Shown one piece after another: positions 1-11,053 of a DNA stretch of 53,165 bases; position 1 is the first letter of the stretch; each line of letters begins with the position of its first letter. The notes below the pieces were generated by a model. It saw nothing but the letters and a program-made list of their open reading frames with translations. It was not told the DNA's origin and ran no database searches. The stretch covers positions 1-53,165 of IMG/VR virus record IMGVR_UViG_3300032225_001816; one strand, given 5' to 3'. This stretch comes from a virus. Lineage: Duplodnaviria; Caudoviricetes. A program made the translations under genes and the position numbers.

Positions 1-2
1 AC

Positions 3-215
3 ACCAACAAAATCAATTTCACATTACCAACATCACTATCCGCTATTCCAGGTGTACAAATTAAATTTCCAATAGCAGAGTTCGGTGAAATATTAGCGGC
101 AAATAAGGAAATAGCAACAGGAACATTAAGTGTATCCGAAGATGGATTGCTCAAGATTAAATTTACTAATGAAGAAGGTGTTAAAGTAACTTATTTGCTT
201 GTCGGCAGGGAGTAG
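3..215 (+). CDS. C-terminal part of a probable DNA polymerase sliding clamp (gp45/PCNA-like), truncated by the window start
   Basis: Open frame TNKINFTLP...EILAANKEIATGTLSVSEDGLLKIKF...YLLVGRE* read by hand; resembles phage clamp C-termini; clamp-loader genes lie 2 kb downstream. Confidence 0.55.
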   Translation, partial: TNKINFTLPTSLSAIPGVQIKFPIAEFGEILAANKEIATGTLSVSEDGLLKIKFTNEEGVKVTYLLVGRE

Positions 216-304
216 AATCCTCATATACGTATATACGAACAATATATAGTATGCACTCGAAATTTTACAAATTAAAATATATAGAACATTTAAAAACCAA
301 GTAC

Positions 305-595
305 ATGAACATTAAACCGTTACACAATCACGTAGTGATTAAGCAACAAGACGAAACAGAAACAATGTATGGAAACATCATTGTACCAGATGCAGGTAAA
401 GAAAAACCACTAATGGGTGAAGTAATAGCTACAGGCCCCGGCATTGTTAACATTAATGGAACTTTGATTCCAAACACAGTGGAAGTAGGTGCAACAGTAG
501 TATTCCCAGCATTTGGAGGACAACGTATCACTGTAGATGGTGAAGAATACGTTGTATGTAAAGAACAAGATTTATTAGTAATTATAGAAAAATAA
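305..595 (+). CDS. groES: Co-chaperonin GroES
   Basis: MNIKPLHNHVVI...GNIIVPDAGKEKP..GEVIATGPG; start placed at ATG 305 rather than 251; adjacent to groEL. Confidence 0.95.
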   Translation: MNIKPLHNHVVIKQQDETETMYGNIIVPDAGKEKPLMGEVIATGPGIVNINGTLIPNTVEVGATVVFPAFGGQRITVDGEEYVVCKEQDLLVIIEK

Positions 596-604
596 AAAAC
601 AAAT

Positions 605-2242
605 ATGAGTAAAATAATCAGTTTTAACAGAGAAGCTAAAGAGAAATTAAAAGCCGGTATTGACAAGGTCAATAACGCCGTATCAGTAACAATGGGTCCG
701 TTTGGACGTAATGTATTGATTGAAAAAGAACATGGACAAGTAGCATCAACAAAAGATGGTGTTACAGTAGCTAAAACAGTAGTATTGGAAGATCCAATCG
801 AGAACATGGCTGCAACAGTAATTAAGCAAGCAGCTGAAAAAACTGTAGATGCCGCTGGTGATGGTACAACAACATCAACTGTGTTAGCACACTCAATCGC
901 AACGCAAGCACTTGAAGCAACATCGTATGCATCAACAAATGCAACACAAGTAAAAAAAGGTATTGAAGCCGCTGTAAAATCAGTAGTAGCAGAATTAAAG
1001 AAAATGTCTACTCCTGTATCAGATGATAGTCAAATTAGACAAATTGCAACATTGTCAGCTAATGGCGACACTGAAATTGGTGAACTGGTAGCTACCGCTA
1101 TTGATAAAGTAGGCAGAGATGGAGTTGTAACTGTTGAAGAATCTAAAACAGGTGAAACATCACTTGAAGTAGTAGAGGGTATGCAGTTTGATAGAGGATA
1201 TAAGTCACCATACATGGTTACAGACAATAACTCAATGACAGCTGTGTTGGATAATCCATTGATCTTACTTATGGATGGTAGAATCAATGCTGTAAAAGAT
1301 TTGTTACCTATTCTAGAAGCAGTATCAGTACAGAATAAATCATTATTAATTGTAGCTGAAGATATTGATGGTGAAGCATTAGCAACACTTATTGTAAATA
1401 AAATGAGAGGTATCTTGAAAGTAGCTGCTGTTAAAGCACCTGACTTTGGTGAGCGTAGAACATTAATTTTAGAGGATATAGCTATTCTGACTGGTGGTGT
1501 TGTGGTATCAAGCCAAAAAGGTATGAAACTAGAACGTTTTAATAAAGATTGGTTTGGTGAAGCTAGAACAGTAACAGTAGGTAAAGATACAACTACTATT
1601 GTTGATGGTAAAGGCGAAACTACAGCTATTGAAAATCGTCTTACAGAATTGAAAGCACAAATTGATATTTCAAGTTCACCATATGAAATTGAAAAACTAC
1701 AAGAGCGCTTATCTAAATTGATTGGTGGTGTAGCTATCATTAATGTGGGTGGTGGTACTGAAATTGAAATGAAGGAAAAGAAAGATAGATTGGATGATGC
1801 TTTACAAGCAACCAAAGCTGCTCTTGATGAAGGTATCTTACCAGGTGCTGGTGTAGCATTATTGCATGCTAGACAAGCAATTAGTTATGCTAAAGTAGAT
1901 GGTGATGATTTCAATAAAGGTAAACGCATTGTGTCTGCAGCGTGTAAAGCACCATTTGAGCAAATACTATTTAATGCTGGGGAAAATCATTATGAATGGC
2001 TAACAGCATTAGATAAAGAATTAGATACTCCAAATCTAGTACCTGGATTAGCAGAGGAAAGATTAGTAGATGCTTATGCCTCAGGTATTATTGATCCAAC
2101 CAAAGTAGTACGCTCAGCAATTGAAAATGCAGCTGCAGCAGCAGTAACATTATTGATGACTGAATGCGTTATTCATGAAAAACCATCTGATAAGAAAAAT
2201 GATGGTGGTATGGGAATGGATATGATGGGTGGAATGATGTAA
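605..2242 (+). CDS. groEL: Chaperonin GroEL
   Basis: [42 protein letters not shown] motifs; GGM-rich C-terminus. Confidence 0.98.
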   Translation: MSKIISFNREAKEKLKAGIDKVNNAVSVTMGPFGRNVLIEKEHGQVASTKDGVTVAKTVVLEDPIENMAATVIKQAAEKTVDAAGDGTTTSTVLAHSIATQALEATSYASTNATQVKKGIEAAVKSVVAELKKMSTPVSDDSQIRQIATLSANGDTEIGELVATAIDKVGRDGVVTVEESKTGETSLEVVEGMQFDRGYKSPYMVTDNNSMTAVLDNPLILLMDGRINAVKDLLPILEAVSVQNKSLLIVAEDIDGEALATLIVNKMRGILKVAAVKAPDFGERRTLILEDIAILTGGVVVSSQKGMKLERFNKDWFGEARTVTVGKDTTTIVDGKGETTAIENRLTELKAQIDISSSPYEIEKLQERLSKLIGGVAIINVGGGTEIEMKEKKDRLDDALQATKAALDEGILPGAGVALLHARQAISYAKVDGDDFNKGKRIVSAACKAPFEQILFNAGENHYEWLTALDKELDTPNLVPGLAEERLVDAYASGIIDPTKVVRSAIENAAAAAVTLLMTECVIHEKPSDKKNDGGMGMDMMGGMM

Positions 2243-2279
2243 TTTTGGAAATGCAAAATAAAGGTTATAAATTTAAGTT

Positions 2280-3203
2280 ATGAAAAAACAACACACACTC
2301 TGGATAGAAAAATATCGAAGCCAAACACTCGAACAATACATCGGCAATGATGCGGTTAAAGACCGCATCGCCGGTTGTATTGAATCAAACGATATACCGC
2401 ATTTTATCTTTTCCGGTACTGCAGGTACTGGTAAAACAACCCTAGCCAAATTAATAGTATCCAACATCAAATGTGATTATCTCTACCTAAACGCTTCGGA
2501 CGAGAATGGTATTGATATGATCAGAGAGAAAGTAAAGGGATTTGCTTCATCTGCTACATTTAACCCCCTTAAAGTAGTGATATTAGATGAAGCAGATTTC
2601 CTTACTCAACCAGCACAAGCAGCACTCCGTAATATTATTGAAGAATATTCAATCAACACTCGTTTTATATTAACATGTAATTATATTGAGCGTTTAATTG
2701 AACCACTAACATCACGTTGTGAGATTCATTTATTGAAACCACCATCAATGCCTGATGTAGCTAGACACGTTTGTAAAAACATTCTAGATGTAGAAGGTGT
2801 TACATATGACATCAAGAATGTAGCTATGCTAATTAAGGAATATTATCCTGATATTAGATCAGTTATTAAGTATTTACAAGCAGGTACTAAAGATGGTAAA
2901 TACGAGTGGATAGCATTAAATACAGATTGGTTATCTAGCGTTATAGAAACGTTAAAAGCGCGTGACAAGAAAGCTTGGTATATTATTCGTCAAATAGTAG
3001 CCGACGCTCAAATCGATGATTTTCAAGTTGCTTATCGCTATATGTTTGATAATCTAGACAAATACAGCTACGGACACGATGCTGAAATATCAGTTATATT
3101 AGATGATTTCATTTGGAGATCAGGTGTAGTACCAGATAAAGAAATTAATTTTGCAGCGTGTATTGCTAAAATATTAGAAACAAATAAAAAACAAATATTA
3201 TAA
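2280..3203 (+). CDS. Clamp loader AAA+ subunit (RFC small subunit / T4 gp44-like)
   Basis: WIEKYR, Walker A GTAGTGKT, LNASDENG, Walker B ILDEAD, SRC motif. Confidence 0.93.
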   Translation: MKKQHTLWIEKYRSQTLEQYIGNDAVKDRIAGCIESNDIPHFIFSGTAGTGKTTLAKLIVSNIKCDYLYLNASDENGIDMIREKVKGFASSATFNPLKVVILDEADFLTQPAQAALRNIIEEYSINTRFILTCNYIERLIEPLTSRCEIHLLKPPSMPDVARHVCKNILDVEGVTYDIKNVAMLIKEYYPDIRSVIKYLQAGTKDGKYEWIALNTDWLSSVIETLKARDKKAWYIIRQIVADAQIDDFQVAYRYMFDNLDKYSYGHDAEISVILDDFIWRSGVVPDKEINFAACIAKILETNKKQIL

Positions 3204-3463
3204 TGGAACAATTTAATGAACAAGAACAACAAGTAAGAGTAGATTTAAAATCAACACTACCTGTACTATGTGAGTGCGGTAATAATACTTTTCAAGAAGT
3301 ATCTATGATTCGTAAAGTATCTCGCTTTTCACATCCTGGCCTTCCAATGGATCAATATCTTCCAATTTCATTGATGGCGTGTACTAAATGTGGAGAAATA
3401 CATAAAGAATCACTTCCACCAATGATAAAAGCATTATTAGAAAATGAAACAGAAAATAATTAG
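3203..3463 (+). CDS. Small zinc-ribbon protein
   Basis: CECG and CTKCG cysteine pairs; translationally coupled to the previous gene. Confidence 0.7.
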   Translation: MEQFNEQEQQVRVDLKSTLPVLCECGNNTFQEVSMIRKVSRFSHPGLPMDQYLPISLMACTKCGEIHKESLPPMIKALLENETENN

Positions 3464-3731
3464 TATCTTTCAAAAAATAAAACACATAATGATGAAAAAA
3501 GAAGAATTAGAACAGCAGTTGAATGATGCTATAGCTGTAGCACAAAGATTGGGTGCTGAAAATAAACAATTAAGACAAGCTAATGAGGATCTTCAATCAG
3601 CTAATATTAAATTAACAGAAGATTTTAACTCAGCTATTGAGCGAGTAAGGTATTTAGCCGATCAACTTAAAATGAGAGAGGCACAACAAGTAGCATCAAA
3701 TAGATTTAACGATAAAGAGAGAAATTACTAA
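3444..3731 (+). CDS. Hypothetical coiled-coil protein (start may be 3489)
   Basis: Heptad-like Q/E/L-rich sequence; tiles with neighbours. Confidence 0.6.
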   Translation: MKQKIISIFQKIKHIMMKKEELEQQLNDAIAVAQRLGAENKQLRQANEDLQSANIKLTEDFNSAIERVRYLADQLKMREAQQVASNRFNDKERNY

Positions 3732-4108
3732 TGAATATATTCGATCATATTAAGAATATTACAACTACAAAGGGTCCGTACTTAGGTGACGAGGGCTGGA
3801 ATAATTGGATGGTCAATCGCTATCTAAGTATGGATCAAGAGTATTGTGAGGTAGTAAATTATGTCCAAAAGAATACTTGGCAAATGAAAGGAGAATACCT
3901 ATACAACTTGTATAAGGATCTCATTCCACAGCAATATAAGTATCTTAAGTATATTAAAGCTACTAATAAGAAAGAATATAAGATTGAAGATATAGAAGCC
4001 GTACAAGCATACTTTGAAATTAGCAAAAAAGAAGCTAAGGAATACATTAATATGATTGATAAATCCGAATTAGAAACTATCAAACAACAAATTAATGGGG
4101 TATATTAG
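3731..4108 (+). CDS. Clamp loader subunit A (T4 gp62-like)
   Basis: MNIFDHIKNIT...WMVNRYLSM...KYLKYIK pattern typical of gp62-like proteins; near the gp44-like gene. Confidence 0.7.
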   Translation: MNIFDHIKNITTTKGPYLGDEGWNNWMVNRYLSMDQEYCEVVNYVQKNTWQMKGEYLYNLYKDLIPQQYKYLKYIKATNKKEYKIEDIEAVQAYFEISKKEAKEYINMIDKSELETIKQQINGVY

Positions 4109-4421
4109 TGATGCAAAATCATTTCAAGAATTTACAAAATACATAGAGAAAAAGAATATGATAACAAAAGACGTAATTACAAATCTGGTAATAGAAGATT
4201 TAACATCTAGAGCAGAACGTGGATATAAAAAATACAATACAACACTAGGTGAAAATAATCATCAAAATATGCTTCAACATGCATATGAAGAAGCATTAGA
4301 TTTAGCTCAATATCTTAAAAAAGAAATTGTAACAATGAATACAATTCAAGATTTATTAGAAAATCATCCAAACGATTCTGAATTAGGATATGTAATTAGA
4401 GGAATATATGGCAAAAAGTAA
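4095..4421 (+). CDS. Phage protein, possibly all-alpha NTP-pyrophosphatase (MazG-like) fold
   Basis: RGYKKYNTTL...LQHAYEEALDLAQYL (EExxD motif). Confidence 0.5.
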   Translation: MGYISDAKSFQEFTKYIEKKNMITKDVITNLVIEDLTSRAERGYKKYNTTLGENNHQNMLQHAYEEALDLAQYLKKEIVTMNTIQDLLENHPNDSELGYVIRGIYGKK

Positions 4422-5352
4422 ATTATCAGAAATTGAAATACGAATTAAGAATCATACACCTCCAGAAATAAACTATGCTTATCAACGGAATGTATCTTAT
4501 TCACAATATTCAATTTATGCTACCTGCCCCCATCAATGGTATCTCTCATATGTAGAGAATAAAAACCCATATCAGGCATCAATACACACAGTGTTTGGAA
4601 CTGCGTTTCATGAAACACTACAGAAATATATTGATGTAATGTACAATGAGAGTGGAGCGGCTGCTGATAGAATAAATTTAGAAGAAATATTTACTGAGCG
4701 TTTTAGAGAAACGTATTCTAAAGAATACGAGAGCACTAAAGAACATTTTAGTAATCCAATTGAAATGAGAGATTTCTTTGATGATGGAATAGCAATATTA
4801 AATTGGATTCAAAAACGTAGGAATAAATTATTTACCCTTCGTAAAGTAAAACTATTAGGAATAGAAATGCCTATTCTAGTAGGATTATCTAAAAACGTAT
4901 ATTTAAAAGGCTTTATTGACTTTGTATTATACGATGAAGATTTACAAAAAGTTTACATATATGATATCAAAACCTCGACGCGTGGGTGGAGCGACAGAGA
5001 AAAGAAAGACGATACAAAAATCGCTCAAATCCTCCTTTATAAAGAGTATTTCGGAAAACAGTTTGGATTCGACCCAGATAGAATCGAAGTTGAATACTTT
5101 ATTGTCAAAAGAAAAATTTATGAAGAATCTGAGTTCCCAATTCCCCGGGTTCAATCCTTTAGACCCGCTTCCGGAAAAACCAAAAGACGACAAGCAGTAG
5201 AAAGTCTTAATATCTTTATTAAAGATTGCTTCGATGAAAGTGGAAAACCACAAATAAAGTCATACCTTAAAAATACAGGTGAAAAAAGTTGCAAATGGTG
5301 TCCTTACACAGATAAACCAGAACTTTGCAATAAAACAGCGGTTTCTGTATAG
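4408..5352 (+). CDS. PD-(D/E)XK nuclease (RecB/Cas4-like exonuclease)
   Basis: SYSQ..CP, GTAFHE, KGFID..IYDIKT, QILLY, C-terminal CKWCPY...C. Confidence 0.85.
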   Translation: MAKSKLSEIEIRIKNHTPPEINYAYQRNVSYSQYSIYATCPHQWYLSYVENKNPYQASIHTVFGTAFHETLQKYIDVMYNESGAAADRINLEEIFTERFRETYSKEYESTKEHFSNPIEMRDFFDDGIAILNWIQKRRNKLFTLRKVKLLGIEMPILVGLSKNVYLKGFIDFVLYDEDLQKVYIYDIKTSTRGWSDREKKDDTKIAQILLYKEYFGKQFGFDPDRIEVEYFIVKRKIYEESEFPIPRVQSFRPASGKTKRRQAVESLNIFIKDCFDESGKPQIKSYLKNTGEKSCKWCPYTDKPELCNKTAVSV

Positions 5353-5381
5353 TCGTATATATTTATATCAAATAATATATT

Positions 5382-5573
5382 ATGGCAAAAATGCAATTAA
5401 CATCCGTAAAGATCCCTGAAGATCTATTCGAACAATTTAAGATTGCGTGTGTTAAGTATAAATTTAGCGTGCAAAAATTAACAGAACGTTCAATGTATCT
5501 ATACTTAACAGACGAGGAATACAGAAAAAATATTCATAACACATTAGACACACAATTTACAGGAAGTATTTAA
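5382..5573 (+). CDS. Ribbon-helix-helix-like DNA-binding protein
   Basis: LTSVKIPEDLFEQFK N-terminal strand followed by helices. Confidence 0.5.
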   Translation: MAKMQLTSVKIPEDLFEQFKIACVKYKFSVQKLTERSMYLYLTDEEYRKNIHNTLDTQFTGSI

Positions 5574-5583
5574 AATCAGTTAC

Positions 5584-7044
5584 ATGAAAGAAGGTTACAT
5601 TCCCCAAGCGCAACGTAAAAAAATCCTGTTACTCTGCGACGACATTAGAATGACATCAGGTATCTCTACAATGGCTAGAGAAATAGTATTAGGCACAGCC
5701 CACCATTACAATTGGGTAAATTTAGGTGGAGCTATTAATCACCCAGATCAAGGTAAACGATTTGACCTTAATGGAGATACAAATACACATGCTGGTATAG
5801 ATGATGCTAGTGTTATATTGTATCCAATTAATGGGTATGGTGATCCTATATTATTAAAACAAATAATCCAAATGGAACAACCAGATGCATTAATGATGTT
5901 TACTGATCCAAGATATTGGGTTTGGTTATTTCAAATGGAACATGAAATTAGAAAACAAATGCCTATTATTTATCTTAACATTTGGGATGATTTGCCTTAT
6001 CCAATGTATAATAAGTCATTCTATGAATCATGTGATACATTACTAGCAATCAGCAAACAAACAGAAAATATTAATCATTGTGTATTAGGAGCAGAGTTAT
6101 CAGCTGAAAAAACAATTAAATATGTTCCACACGGTATTAATGAGAAATTTTTCTTCCCTATCACAACTGAACATCCTGAATATTTAGCATTACAAGAATT
6201 TAAAAAACAATTATATGGAAATAAATCGTACGATTTTGCTTTACTATATAATGCGCGTAACATCCGTCGCAAATGCGTTCCTGATCTAATGCTTGCCTGG
6301 AAGATATTCATTGATGAATTACCAGAAGATAAAGCAAGCAAAACAGTTTTAGTATTACATACTGAAGTAAGAGATGAAAATGGAACTGATCTTCAAGCAG
6401 TAAAGGATATGTTGTTTGGTAATGAAACAAAATACAATATTATATTTGATTCAAACAAATACCCATCAAACATAATGAATTTACTTTATAACGCTACTGA
6501 TGGATGTGCTTTAATCAGCTCAAACGAAGGATGGGGATTATCACTTACTGAAGCAATGATTTGTGGAAAACCAATTATTGCAACAGTAACAGGTGGTATG
6601 CAAGACCAAATGCGCTTTGAAGATGAAAATGGTAATTGGATCAAATTCACTGAAGAATTTGGATCAAACCATAGGGGTAAATATAAAATGCACGGTAAAT
6701 GGGCTTACCCAGTATTCCCAAGTAATCTATCAATTGTAGGATCGATTCCAACACCTTATATTTTTGATGATAGAGCAGAACCATTTGATATTGCAGAACA
6801 AATTAGTAAATTATACTATCATAAAACAGAATACCCTGAAATATATGCTGAAAACTGCAAAGCAGCTCATGAGTGGGTACATTCAAAAGAATCAATGATG
6901 ACAGCAAAACATATGTCAGATAATGTGATAGAGGGTATTGATGCTACTTTTGCTAAGTGGACTCCTCGTCATAGATTCGAATTAATTCAAGTAGAAACTC
7001 CAAAACAACCAAAACATTACGTAAAACACGCAATCGCAAAATAA
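5584..7044 (+). CDS. Glycosyltransferase (GT-B, family 4-like)
   Basis: VPHGI, NARNIRRK, EGWGLSLTEAM (Ex7E) motif. Confidence 0.9.
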   Translation: MKEGYIPQAQRKKILLLCDDIRMTSGISTMAREIVLGTAHHYNWVNLGGAINHPDQGKRFDLNGDTNTHAGIDDASVILYPINGYGDPILLKQIIQMEQPDALMMFTDPRYWVWLFQMEHEIRKQMPIIYLNIWDDLPYPMYNKSFYESCDTLLAISKQTENINHCVLGAELSAEKTIKYVPHGINEKFFFPITTEHPEYLALQEFKKQLYGNKSYDFALLYNARNIRRKCVPDLMLAWKIFIDELPEDKASKTVLVLHTEVRDENGTDLQAVKDMLFGNETKYNIIFDSNKYPSNIMNLLYNATDGCALISSNEGWGLSLTEAMICGKPIIATVTGGMQDQMRFEDENGNWIKFTEEFGSNHRGKYKMHGKWAYPVFPSNLSIVGSIPTPYIFDDRAEPFDIAEQISKLYYHKTEYPEIYAENCKAAHEWVHSKESMMTAKHMSDNVIEGIDATFAKWTPRHRFELIQVETPKQPKHYVKHAIAK

Positions 7045-7049
7045 GTTAT

Positions 7050-8354
7050 ATGAAACCACTATTTTTTATTAGCTGTCCAATTGACACGTACAGCGGCTAC
7101 GGAGCACGTAGTAGAGATATTGTAAAAGCACTTTTAAAATCAGATAAATACGATATTAAAATTATTCCCCAAAGATGGGGATCTACTCCATTTGGATTTT
7201 TACAAGTAGATAATCCTGAGCATAGACAGATATTAGAATGTATTTGGAATCAACCCCAATTACCACGTCAACCAGATGTTTGGATGCAAATTACAGTACC
7301 AAATGAATTTCAACCAATAGGAAAATTTAATATTGGTATGACTGCAGGTATTGAAACTACCGTTTGTGATCCTAGTTGGTTAGAAGGACTAAATAGAATG
7401 AATTTAAATTTAGTTTCATCCGAACATGCTAAAAAAGTATTTGAAAGTGCTGCTTTTGAACAACGTGATAAAAATACAAATCAAGTAATTGCTAATATTA
7501 AATTAGAAAAACCAATAGAAGTATTATTTGAAGGAGCAGATACTAATATATACCAAAAAATAGATGCAATAGCAGGTGATAGTGAGGTAAATGATGTATT
7601 AAATACTATTGATGAAGATTTTAATTTCCTATTTGTAGGTCACTGGTTGCAAGGTGAAATGGGACAAGATAGAAAAGATGTAGGTATGTTAATTAAAACA
7701 TTCCTTGAAACATTTAAAGATAAAAAACAAAAACCAGGACTTATTCTTAAAACATCTTCAGCAACATATTCTATAATGGATAGAGATGATATGTTAGATA
7801 GGATTCAACAAATTAGATCTTTTGTAGGAGATAATGATTTACCAAATGTTTATTTATTACATGGGGAATTAGAAGATGGAGAAGTAAATGAATTATATAA
7901 TCATCCTAAAGTAAAAGCACATGTATCTTTTACTAAAGGTGAAGGATATGGCCGACCATTACTTGAAGCATCTATCAGTCAAAAACCAGTAATTGTATCT
8001 AATTGGAGTGGACATATTGATTTTCTTGATTCTGAAATGTCAGTACTATTACCAGGAGAAATAAAGCAAATTCATTCTTCCGCTGTGGTACAAAATATGC
8101 TTATTCCTGAGTCAGGTTGGTTTACTGTTGATTATAAAAAATCCTCTGAAACACTAGAAGATGTTTATAAGAATTATAACAAATATCTTGATGGGGCAAA
8201 AAGACAAGCGTATCGTTCACGTACTGAATTTAGTTTAGATAAAATGAGTGAAAAGTTAATTTCAATAATTGATGAAAAAGTACCTAAACAAGTAGCTCTT
8301 AAATTACCACAATTAAAGAAAATTGAATTACCTAAACTTCAAAAAGTAGATTAA
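7050..8354 (+). CDS. Glycosyltransferase (GT-B, family 4-like)
   Basis: SGYG N-terminus, RKDV, EGYGRPLLEA (Ex7E), SGHIDF. Confidence 0.88.
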   Translation: MKPLFFISCPIDTYSGYGARSRDIVKALLKSDKYDIKIIPQRWGSTPFGFLQVDNPEHRQILECIWNQPQLPRQPDVWMQITVPNEFQPIGKFNIGMTAGIETTVCDPSWLEGLNRMNLNLVSSEHAKKVFESAAFEQRDKNTNQVIANIKLEKPIEVLFEGADTNIYQKIDAIAGDSEVNDVLNTIDEDFNFLFVGHWLQGEMGQDRKDVGMLIKTFLETFKDKKQKPGLILKTSSATYSIMDRDDMLDRIQQIRSFVGDNDLPNVYLLHGELEDGEVNELYNHPKVKAHVSFTKGEGYGRPLLEASISQKPVIVSNWSGHIDFLDSEMSVLLPGEIKQIHSSAVVQNMLIPESGWFTVDYKKSSETLEDVYKNYNKYLDGAKRQAYRSRTEFSLDKMSEKLISIIDEKVPKQVALKLPQLKKIELPKLQKVD

Positions 8355-8355
8355 T

Positions 8356-8589
8356 ATGACATCACATGAATTTGTAATATGGTTTAAAGGATTTGCTCAA
8401 GCAGCAAGTGATTATACTCTTACACCAGCACAATGGGATATTGTTAAAGATCAACTAGATAAAGTAAATAATAACACAGCACTTAAATATACCTTAGAAG
8501 GTAATAGCAGTGTATCATTATCAAACTTAGGACTTAGATCTGATATAACTTATAAAACAGACGAATTAACAACAAATACAGTATTTTAA
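8356..8589 (+). CDS. Hypothetical protein
   Basis: ORF tiles in operon; EFVIWFKGF...QWDIVKDQL. Confidence 0.6.
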   Translation: MTSHEFVIWFKGFAQAASDYTLTPAQWDIVKDQLDKVNNNTALKYTLEGNSSVSLSNLGLRSDITYKTDELTTNTVF

Positions 8590-8976
8590 ATGACAGAAAA
8601 ATTAATAGACTGCTCTAGATGTGGATCAAATGCATGTAGTGAAATGTCAAATGGTACAGTAACTATTTGGATTTGTATGGGATGTGGCTTTACATCTAAT
8701 AATACTATTATTGATAGTAATGCAGAACAGATGGAAGAAACACTTCCTGAATTATATAAAGCACTTAAATATAAAGACCAAGATGGAAAATATTGGTATC
8801 CAAACAGCGTAGTACTAGAAGATAAATCAATGGTGTTTGCTGAAGGTACATCAGTAGATGATTGGAAATGGTCAGCTGTACAATCTAAAGATGGTAAAGC
8901 GGATATGACTACAAAACAAGAGTTTCCTGAACGCGAATTTATGGATGCGTTAGAATATATTGGTTATTTTAAATAA
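8590..8976 (+). CDS. Zinc-ribbon hypothetical protein
   Basis: CSRCG and CMGCG pairs. Confidence 0.65.
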   Translation: MTEKLIDCSRCGSNACSEMSNGTVTIWICMGCGFTSNNTIIDSNAEQMEETLPELYKALKYKDQDGKYWYPNSVVLEDKSMVFAEGTSVDDWKWSAVQSKDGKADMTTKQEFPEREFMDALEYIGYFK

Positions 8977-8981
8977 AATTT

Positions 8982-9605
8982 ATGTCTTCAATTAGTTATG
9001 CAATTACAGCATGTAATGAACATGTTGAATTAGAACGTTTATTAGATCAACTACATGAATATATTCGTCCTGAAGATGAAATAGTAGTTCAATTAGATAG
9101 TACTGCTACTCCTGAAGTAAAAAAAGTAGCTGAGAAATACAATGTAGGTAATCTTTATCACTACCATAGGATTATATTCGGATTAAATGGTGATTTTGCT
9201 TCATTTAAGAATAATTTAAAAGAACATTGTTCTAAAGATTATATCTTTCAAATTGACGCTGATGAATACTTATCAGAAACATTATTAGAATATCTTACCG
9301 CTATATTAGAAAATAATACCCACATTGAAATGTTATCAGTACCACGTATCAATACAGTTGAAGGTTTAACTGAACAACATATTAAACAATGGGGTTGGAA
9401 TATTAATGAAGAGGGATGGGTGAATTATCCTGATTATCAAAATCGCATATTCAAAAATAAACCAGAGATTTATTGGGTGAATAAAGTACATGAAAAAATA
9501 ATTGGTGCTATAACAACTGCTGAACTGCCTTATGGGCTAGATTTAATCCATCCAAAAACAATTACACGTCAAGAAAAACAAAATAACTTTTATGCCCAAT
9601 TATAA
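8982..9605 (+). CDS. Glycosyltransferase (GT-A, family 2)
   Basis: ISYAITACNE, IDADE (DxD), PDYQNR, VHE. Confidence 0.88.
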   Translation: MSSISYAITACNEHVELERLLDQLHEYIRPEDEIVVQLDSTATPEVKKVAEKYNVGNLYHYHRIIFGLNGDFASFKNNLKEHCSKDYIFQIDADEYLSETLLEYLTAILENNTHIEMLSVPRINTVEGLTEQHIKQWGWNINEEGWVNYPDYQNRIFKNKPEIYWVNKVHEKIIGAITTAELPYGLDLIHPKTITRQEKQNNFYAQL

Positions 9606-10440
9606 TAATCCAATAACTTTTTGTATATCAACCTATAATAATTTAAATTACATTAAATTAGCAATTGAATCTGTTAGAGAAAATAGTTATTATAAAGATT
9701 CTCCTTTTATTATACATGCTGAGAATTGTGATGATGGTACAGATGAATGGTTAGAAGAAAATAAAGAAAAATACGATTTAGAAATTTATATAGACCATAA
9801 TGATGCTCCTATCGGAATAGGAGGAGGAATGAATTTCTGTGCTGATAAGGTAAAAACAGAATATATAATGTTTTTACATTCTGATTTTTATGTTTCTAAA
9901 AATTGGGATTTAGAATGTTTAAATATATTTGATAAATACCCTAACACCCCAATGTGGGTATTCAGTCAAAGAATTCAACCTAATATATTTAATGAACCCT
10001 CTCGCCCAGGTACTTTAATAGTACCTAATGAATATTTTGGAGAATATCATTATAATTTTAATAAAGAACTATTTTTAGAGTATGCTAAAGAATTAGCTGA
10101 ATTAAATGATTTTGAAATAAAAATAGGAGAGGGAGTATCAGGATTAATTAGAAAAAAAGATTGGGACTTTATAGGGGGAAATGATCCTATATTTTCTCCT
10201 ACTAGTTGGGAAGATAAAGATTTATTCATCAGAATGTTAATGAATAACTATAAATTTGTTTTAACTAGTAAATCTATTGTGTGGCATTTTGGAGCAAGAG
10301 GAAGTCATAGACTAGAAGAAAATAATGGAAAATCAGCCCAACGTCAAATAGAAGCAGAACAAAAAAATATAATAAATTGGTTAAATAAATGGAAAAAAAT
10401 GCCTATATTTGACGAAAATAACTTTATAAAACTCTGGTAA
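9592..10440 (+). CDS. Glycosyltransferase (GT-A, family 2)
   Basis: TFCISTYN, DDGT, LHSD, IGGND..WEDKD, VWH. Confidence 0.88.
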   Translation: MPNYNNPITFCISTYNNLNYIKLAIESVRENSYYKDSPFIIHAENCDDGTDEWLEENKEKYDLEIYIDHNDAPIGIGGGMNFCADKVKTEYIMFLHSDFYVSKNWDLECLNIFDKYPNTPMWVFSQRIQPNIFNEPSRPGTLIVPNEYFGEYHYNFNKELFLEYAKELAELNDFEIKIGEGVSGLIRKKDWDFIGGNDPIFSPTSWEDKDLFIRMLMNNYKFVLTSKSIVWHFGARGSHRLEENNGKSAQRQIEAEQKNIINWLNKWKKMPIFDENNFIKLW

Positions 10441-10441
10441 T

Positions 10442-11053
10442 ATGGCAAAATACTTTATAGATTGTGGAGCACATTGTGGTGAATCCATTCTAATGGCTAA
10501 ACAAAGATTTGGTTACGATATTAATACTATATCATTTGAACCAGTTCCTTTTTTAGCTAATCAACTTATTGAAATACATAAAGAAGATCCTACTGTTCAA
10601 ATTCAAAATTCAGCAGTATGGATTGAGAATACAACTAAGAAATTTTATATATGTGATCTATATACTGATGGTTCATCTTTATTAAATAGTTTAAATGAAT
10701 TAAAAGAAGATCAATATATTGAAATTCCTTGTTTTGATTTATCTTCCTGGATAAAAAATACATTTACTTCTGAAGATTATATTATATTAAAACTTGATAT
10801 TGAAGGAGCAGAATATGAAGTACTTAATAAAATGATAGATAATGGAACTATAGGATTAATAAATGAATTTTGGGGTGAATGGCATGATATAAAAATATCT
10901 GATCAAAGAACAAAAGATTTAGCTCAGAAAGTTTATTCTTACTTAAAAGATAATAATATTAATTTTAAAGAATGGGAAATTCATATTCCTACTTATGGAA
11001 AATCTCATCCTAAATTAGCTTTTCGTCCTAATAATTTAATAAATAATGAATAA
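10442..11053 (+). CDS. FkbM-family SAM methyltransferase
   Basis: DCGAHCG, SFEP, LKLDIEGAE. Confidence 0.9.
   Translation: MAKYFIDCGAHCGESILMAKQRFGYDINTISFEPVPFLANQLIEIHKEDPTVQIQNSAVWIENTTKKFYICDLYTDGSSLLNSLNELKEDQYIEIPCFDLSSWIKNTFTSEDYIILKLDIEGAEYEVLNKMIDNGTIGLINEFWGEWHDIKISDQRTKDLAQKVYSYLKDNNINFKEWEIHIPTYGKSHPKLAFRPNNLINNE

Noticed and set aside
328-1815. Minus-strand ORFs 328..807 and 1030..1815, and the other antisense or nested ORFs in the track
   Set aside because: Shadow frames of well-supported + strand genes with no recognisable motifs
4408-5352. Cas4 as evidence of a CRISPR system
   Set aside because: Stand-alone Cas4-like nucleases are common in phage replication modules; no array or other cas genes
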